Source of the DNA: Thermostichus sp. DRC_bins_24
Lineage (GTDB): Bacteria > Cyanobacteriota > Cyanobacteriia > Thermostichales > Thermostichaceae
DNA: 64,000 bases
Assembly (NCBI GenBank): GCA_039794845.1
Contig: JAUQVK010000035.1
Span: 10,014 to 74,013 of the forward strand
Direction of reading: 5' to 3'
Of this stretch, positions 60,673-64,000 are shown in pieces. How positions within the stretch are numbered: position 1 is the stretch's first letter; every line of letters starts with the position of its first letter. Under the pieces are notes generated by a model. That model did not search any database, was not told where the DNA came from, and worked only from the letters and a program-made list of their open reading frames with translations. The translations under genes were made by a program, and so were the position numbers.

Positions 60673-61937
60673 TTGACATCCACTCCCAGCAACCCTAGCG
60701 GGTATGCAGGGAGATTCCCTGAGTCGCCCCAAAGAGTTCCTGCTGCTACGCACGACCTGCGGTCTACAACGCCAGCCAGCCAGCCTGTTCGCGCCAGCGT
60801 GCTGGAGGCACTGTGACCCCAGCCCCCGCCGCCCCGACTCCACAGGCATTTTCAGTTCCCCGTTGCCCACGGGTACAGATTACTTGAGCCGCTGCCACAT
60901 CCCGGGCCTTGACTGACCCGCACTCAGGACAGTGGTGGATCCGAGTTGAGAGGTCTTTTCTGACCTCCGCCCCGCAATCCGGGCACTCCTGAGACGTACC
61001 TCTCGGATCAACCTTGGCGTAATACACATCCCGCTTCCAGCACACCCACGGCAAAATCCGGTTCACAAATTGCCCCAGCCCCGCATCGAGGATGTGCTTG
61101 CCCAACATCCCCTTGGCCATGAGGCGAAAGTCCAAGTCCTCCACAAACAGCATCCCTGCACTGTCGCAGAGACGATGGGCCAGCTTGAAATGCCAGTCCT
61201 TGCGGGTATCCGTGAGGCGCTGGTGTACCCTGCCAATCTTCTTCTGGAGTTTGTGCCAGTTGTTCGACCCCTGGCGCTTGGTCTTGAGCCTGCGGTGCAG
61301 CAATTATGCCTTTGGCAGGCTACGCCAACAGCTTGCGGTGCAGCTCATTGAAAAAGCGGGGTCGCTTGACTTGCAGATCGCTCGTGATGCAGTTCTTCAG
61401 CATCTGCGGGAAAACGAAGCTGCGCATCCGATTTGGCTTTTTGAACCGTGGCAACCCTAACCGTTTCAACCGCCACGACTCCCACGCTGCCTCCAGGCTA
61501 CGAATAACCTGTTGAAGCACCTGGGCGTTCGCGGTCTTGAGTCTAGGGAAATCGGCCTTTGCCGCTGTCAGTGACTGACACTGCCGAGCATAAGAGGGAA
61601 AGGGCGCATCCACCGGCAGGATAAACTCCTGCCGAATGGAACAGGCATTGATGGCGCACTTGCGGGAGTCCAGCCAGTCCTTGCGTTCCCGCAGGGCAAA
61701 GTTCCAGACCTTGCGGCACACCTCAAGAATGTGCTCAATCTCTGAAACCTGCGCCTCGGTTGGCTCTAGCTTAAATTCCCACGTCATATTTAGCGTAAAC
61801 CGATTGTAGTCTAAGAAATCAGCATATGTTTCTTAGAGGCACACCATTTACTGCTCCCTCCGATCGCTCGCTGCTGCTGCGCTCGTCCTCCGGCCTACAC
61901 CCCCAACCAAGCCTATCGGCGCAGATTGAACTGTAGT
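60673..61937 (-). mobile_element. IS200/IS605-family element, tnpB only, decayed; left boundary inferred
   Basis: Minus-strand right end GAATCTCCC...GGGAGTGGATGTCAA ends at 60673; tnpB remnants; TCTAAGAAA-N10-TTTCTTAGA hairpin at 61810-61837; TTGAT on the minus strand at 61942-61938 as a possible target motif. Confidence 0.8.
60764..61787 (-). pseudogene. tnpB: TnpB (RNA-guided endonuclease) pseudogene, split and internally deleted
   Basis: 5' part WEFKLEPT..CRKVWNFALRERKDW..PRFKK; 3' part FVEDL, TSQECPDCG, HHCPECG, RDVAAAQVI. Stop and frameshift at 61304-61328; no RuvC-I GID.G segment. Confidence 0.9.
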
Positions 61938-62008
61938 ATCAATTCGTGTATCTTTTGTCTCAGGGTTCCCAGACTAAATTTCCAAGGGTATTGTGAGGAG
62001 TGCCCAAA

Positions 62009-64000
62009 ATGAACTCACCCGAACGCAACGGGGCTTTATTAATTGGGCAGCAGCTCACCTGGTGGTGCAAGCTCTCGGGCCTTGTCGGATCCCCACTGTT
62101 GGGGGTGTTGCTGTGGGCAGGGGTGGCAGAGGCCGCCACCATCACAGTGAATAGCACCGACCAAGGGCCTGTTAAAGGTGCATGCACGCTACGGGATGCC
62201 ATCACAGCCGCGAACACGAATGCAACTGTAAATGGCTGCGCGGCAGGGGATGCTGGGCTTGATACCATCCAGTTTGCGAATAGTTTGATTGGCAGCACCA
62301 TTTCTCTGACGACAGCGTTACCCGCAATTACTGAAAATGTGACCATTGAGGTAGCCGGGGCTGCTCCTGACGACCGGGTAACCGTAGAACGAGATACAAC
62401 GGCCCTCGACTTTCGCATCTTCACGGTTAACGCGGGTTTAGAAGCCAGTTTTGCCAACCTCACCATCAGCAATGGGCGGGCCACAGCGTCCTTCCCTAAT
62501 GATTCAGGCGGCGGGATCTTTGGGGACGCTGGCAGCACCATCACCGTTACCAACAGCACCCTCAGCGGCAATAGCGCAAGCTCCAATGGCGGCGGGATCT
62601 GGGCCAATGTCACCGCAACAGTGAGCAACAGCACCCTCAGCGGCAATAGCGCAAACCTTGGGGGCGGAATCTGGGCCGGTGTCACCGCGACGGTAAGCAA
62701 CAGCACCCTCAGCGGCAATAGCGCAAACCTTGGGGGCGGAATCTGGGCCGGTGTCACCGCGACGGTAAGCAACAGCACCCTCAGTGGCAATAGCGCAAGC
62801 TCCAATGGCGGCGGGATCTGGGCCAATGTCACCGCAACAGTGAGCAACAGCACCCTCAGCGGCAATAGCGCAAACCTTGGGGGCGGAATCTGGGCCGGTG
62901 TCACCGCGACGGTAAGCAACAGCACCCTCAGTGGCAATAGCGCAAACCTTGGGGGCGGGATCTTTACCGCTACCGCGACAGTGAGCAACAGCACCCTCAG
63001 TGGCAATAGCGCAAACCTTGGGGGCGGGATCTTTGCCTATAAAGCAACGGTGAGCAACAGCACCCTCAGTGGCAATAGCGCAAACCTTGGGGGCGGGATC
63101 TTTGCCTACACCGCAACGGTGAGCAGCAGCACCCTCAGCGGCAATAGCACAGACTCCGGCGGCGGCGGGATCTTTGCCACCACAGTGACAGTGAGCGACA
63201 GCATCCTCAGCGGCAATAGCGCAAGCTCCAATGGCGGCGGGATCTGGGCCAATGTCACCGCAACGGTGAGCAGCAGCACCCTCAGCGGCAATAGCGCAGG
63301 ATTCGACGGCGGCGGGATCTATGCCTATAACACCGCAACGGTGAGCAACAGCACCCTCAGCGGCAATAGCGCAAGCTCCAATGGCGGCGGGATCTATGCC
63401 TATGCAGCGATAGTGAGCAACAGCACCCTCAGCGGCAATAGCGCAGGATTCGACGGCGGCGGGATCTTTGCCTATGACGCCGCGACAGTAAACAACACCA
63501 TCATTGCGGGCAACACCGCTGCCGCCGGAGCTGAGGAATGCTCGGGCTCCATCACTGGAAGCAACAATGTCTTTGGGGTGAATGGCAATGCCGGCGGTTG
63601 TCCCGTGCCCGGCAATATCGTCCCAACCGGGGCACTCTCCACCCTTTTGGAGACTACCCTCGCTGCCAATGGCACCACCATTTTGGCTGGGGATCCCAAC
63701 GCAATGGGGGGGCAGCAACCGGTCTTGACCCTAGCCCTGGTGGCCAATAGCCCAGCCCTTGAAGCGGCAGACCCTGCCATTTGTGCCGCTTCCCCCATCA
63801 ATAACCTCGACCAAAGAGGAGTAACTCGTCCTCAGCCGGCCAGCACCATCTGTGACATCGGCGCTTTTGAAAGCTCTCTCACTCCCGAGCCCACGCCCAC
63901 TCCCGAACCGAGCCCCACGCCCACTCCCGAACCGAGCCCCACGCCCACTCCCGAACCGAGCCCCACGCCCACTCCCGCACCGAGCCCCCGCCCCCCTCCC
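62009..64000 (+). CDS. Secreted CSLREA-domain, parallel beta-helix, choice-of-anchor-Q surface protein (3'-truncated; absent from the ORF track)
   Basis: GAGGAG then ATG 62009; signal ...WAGVAEA/ATITVNST; CTLRDAITAAN; 13 S(T/I)LSGNS..GGGI repeats; DQRGVTRPQ...CDIGAFE; Pro/Thr linker running to the window end. Confidence 0.9.
   Translation, partial: MNSPERNGALLIGQQLTWWCKLSGLVGSPLLGVLLWAGVAEAATITVNSTDQGPVKGACTLRDAITAANTNATVNGCAAGDAGLDTIQFANSLIGSTISLTTALPAITENVTIEVAGAAPDDRVTVERDTTALDFRIFTVNAGLEASFANLTISNGRATASFPNDSGGGIFGDAGSTITVTNSTLSGNSASSNGGGIWANVTATVSNSTLSGNSANLGGGIWAGVTATVSNSTLSGNSANLGGGIWAGVTATVSNSTLSGNSASSNGGGIWANVTATVSNSTLSGNSANLGGGIWAGVTATVSNSTLSGNSANLGGGIFTATATVSNSTLSGNSANLGGGIFAYKATVSNSTLSGNSANLGGGIFAYTATVSSSTLSGNSTDSGGGGIFATTVTVSDSILSGNSASSNGGGIWANVTATVSSSTLSGNSAGFDGGGIYAYNTATVSNSTLSGNSASSNGGGIYAYAAIVSNSTLSGNSAGFDGGGIFAYDAATVNNTIIAGNTAAAGAEECSGSITGSNNVFGVNGNAGGCPVPGNIVPTGALSTLLETTLAANGTTILAGDPNAMGGQQPVLTLALVANSPALEAADPAICAASPINNLDQRGVTRPQPASTICDIGAFESSLTPEPTPTPEPSPTPTPEPSPTPTPEPSPTPTPAPSPRPPP
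62555..63495 (+). repeat. Coding tandem repeat, 13 units of 69-75 bp
   Basis: AGCA(C/T)CCTCAG(C/T)GGCAATAGC starts at 62555, 62630, 62702, 62774, 62849, 62921, 62990, 63059, 63128, 63200, 63275, 63350 and 63422. Confidence 0.95.
63881..64000 (+). repeat. 24-bp coding tandem repeat (PTPTPEPS linker)
   Basis: About four copies of CCCACGCCCACTCCCGAACCGAGC, last one degenerate, continuing to the window edge. Confidence 0.9.

Larger units (their letters stand above)
1..64000. repeat. Highly iterated palindrome GGGATCCC (HIP variant) throughout the window
   Basis: Many dozens of copies in coding and intergenic DNA, while GCGATCGC is hardly seen; not counted exactly. Confidence 0.9.

Noticed and set aside
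61788..61960. tnpA (Y1 transposase) next to tnpB
   Set aside because: No HUH-containing ORF or convincing remnant; the element appears non-autonomous.
62555..63495. Regular repeat array resembling a CRISPR
   Set aside because: Unit lengths are multiples of 3, the 'spacers' are related to each other, the array is in frame within a CDS, and no cas genes are present.
61960..63801. Long repetitive minus-strand ORFs (348 aa, 404 aa and others)
   Set aside because: Antisense shadows of the + strand beta-helix repeat gene, which has the RBS, signal peptide and domain motifs.

Overview
64 kb of GC-rich cyanobacterial chromosome. The very frequent GGGATCCC palindrome, near absence of GCGATCGC and the gene content suggest a hot-spring Thermostichus/Synechococcus OS-A/B'-like lineage (inference). 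Most of it is housekeeping and signalling: GAF kinase, isocitrate dehydrogenase-family enzyme, merR, glmS, phoX with a Pho box, ilvD, fbp-zwf, glgX, uppP, an RND pump, recJ-sbcC-nblS, a two-component pair, a Ser/Thr kinase-WD40, mnmA, modA-modBC with a divergent RHH-TOBE gene, trpB, coaX, SRAP and treS-pep2. The right end holds a decayed IS200/IS605 tnpB element and a repeat-rich CSLREA/choice-of-anchor-Q surface protein that the ORF track misses because it runs off the window. No CRISPR array, rRNA or tRNA is supported. The most unusual signals are non-coding: a TA-flanked MITE (two copies), ~22-27 bp 'hairpin + GCG(T/G)AGC' micro-elements nested in other mobile DNA, an orphan attC-like site, HIP-built terminators and a candidate molybdate operator. 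All calls come from reading the sequence; no database searches were run.
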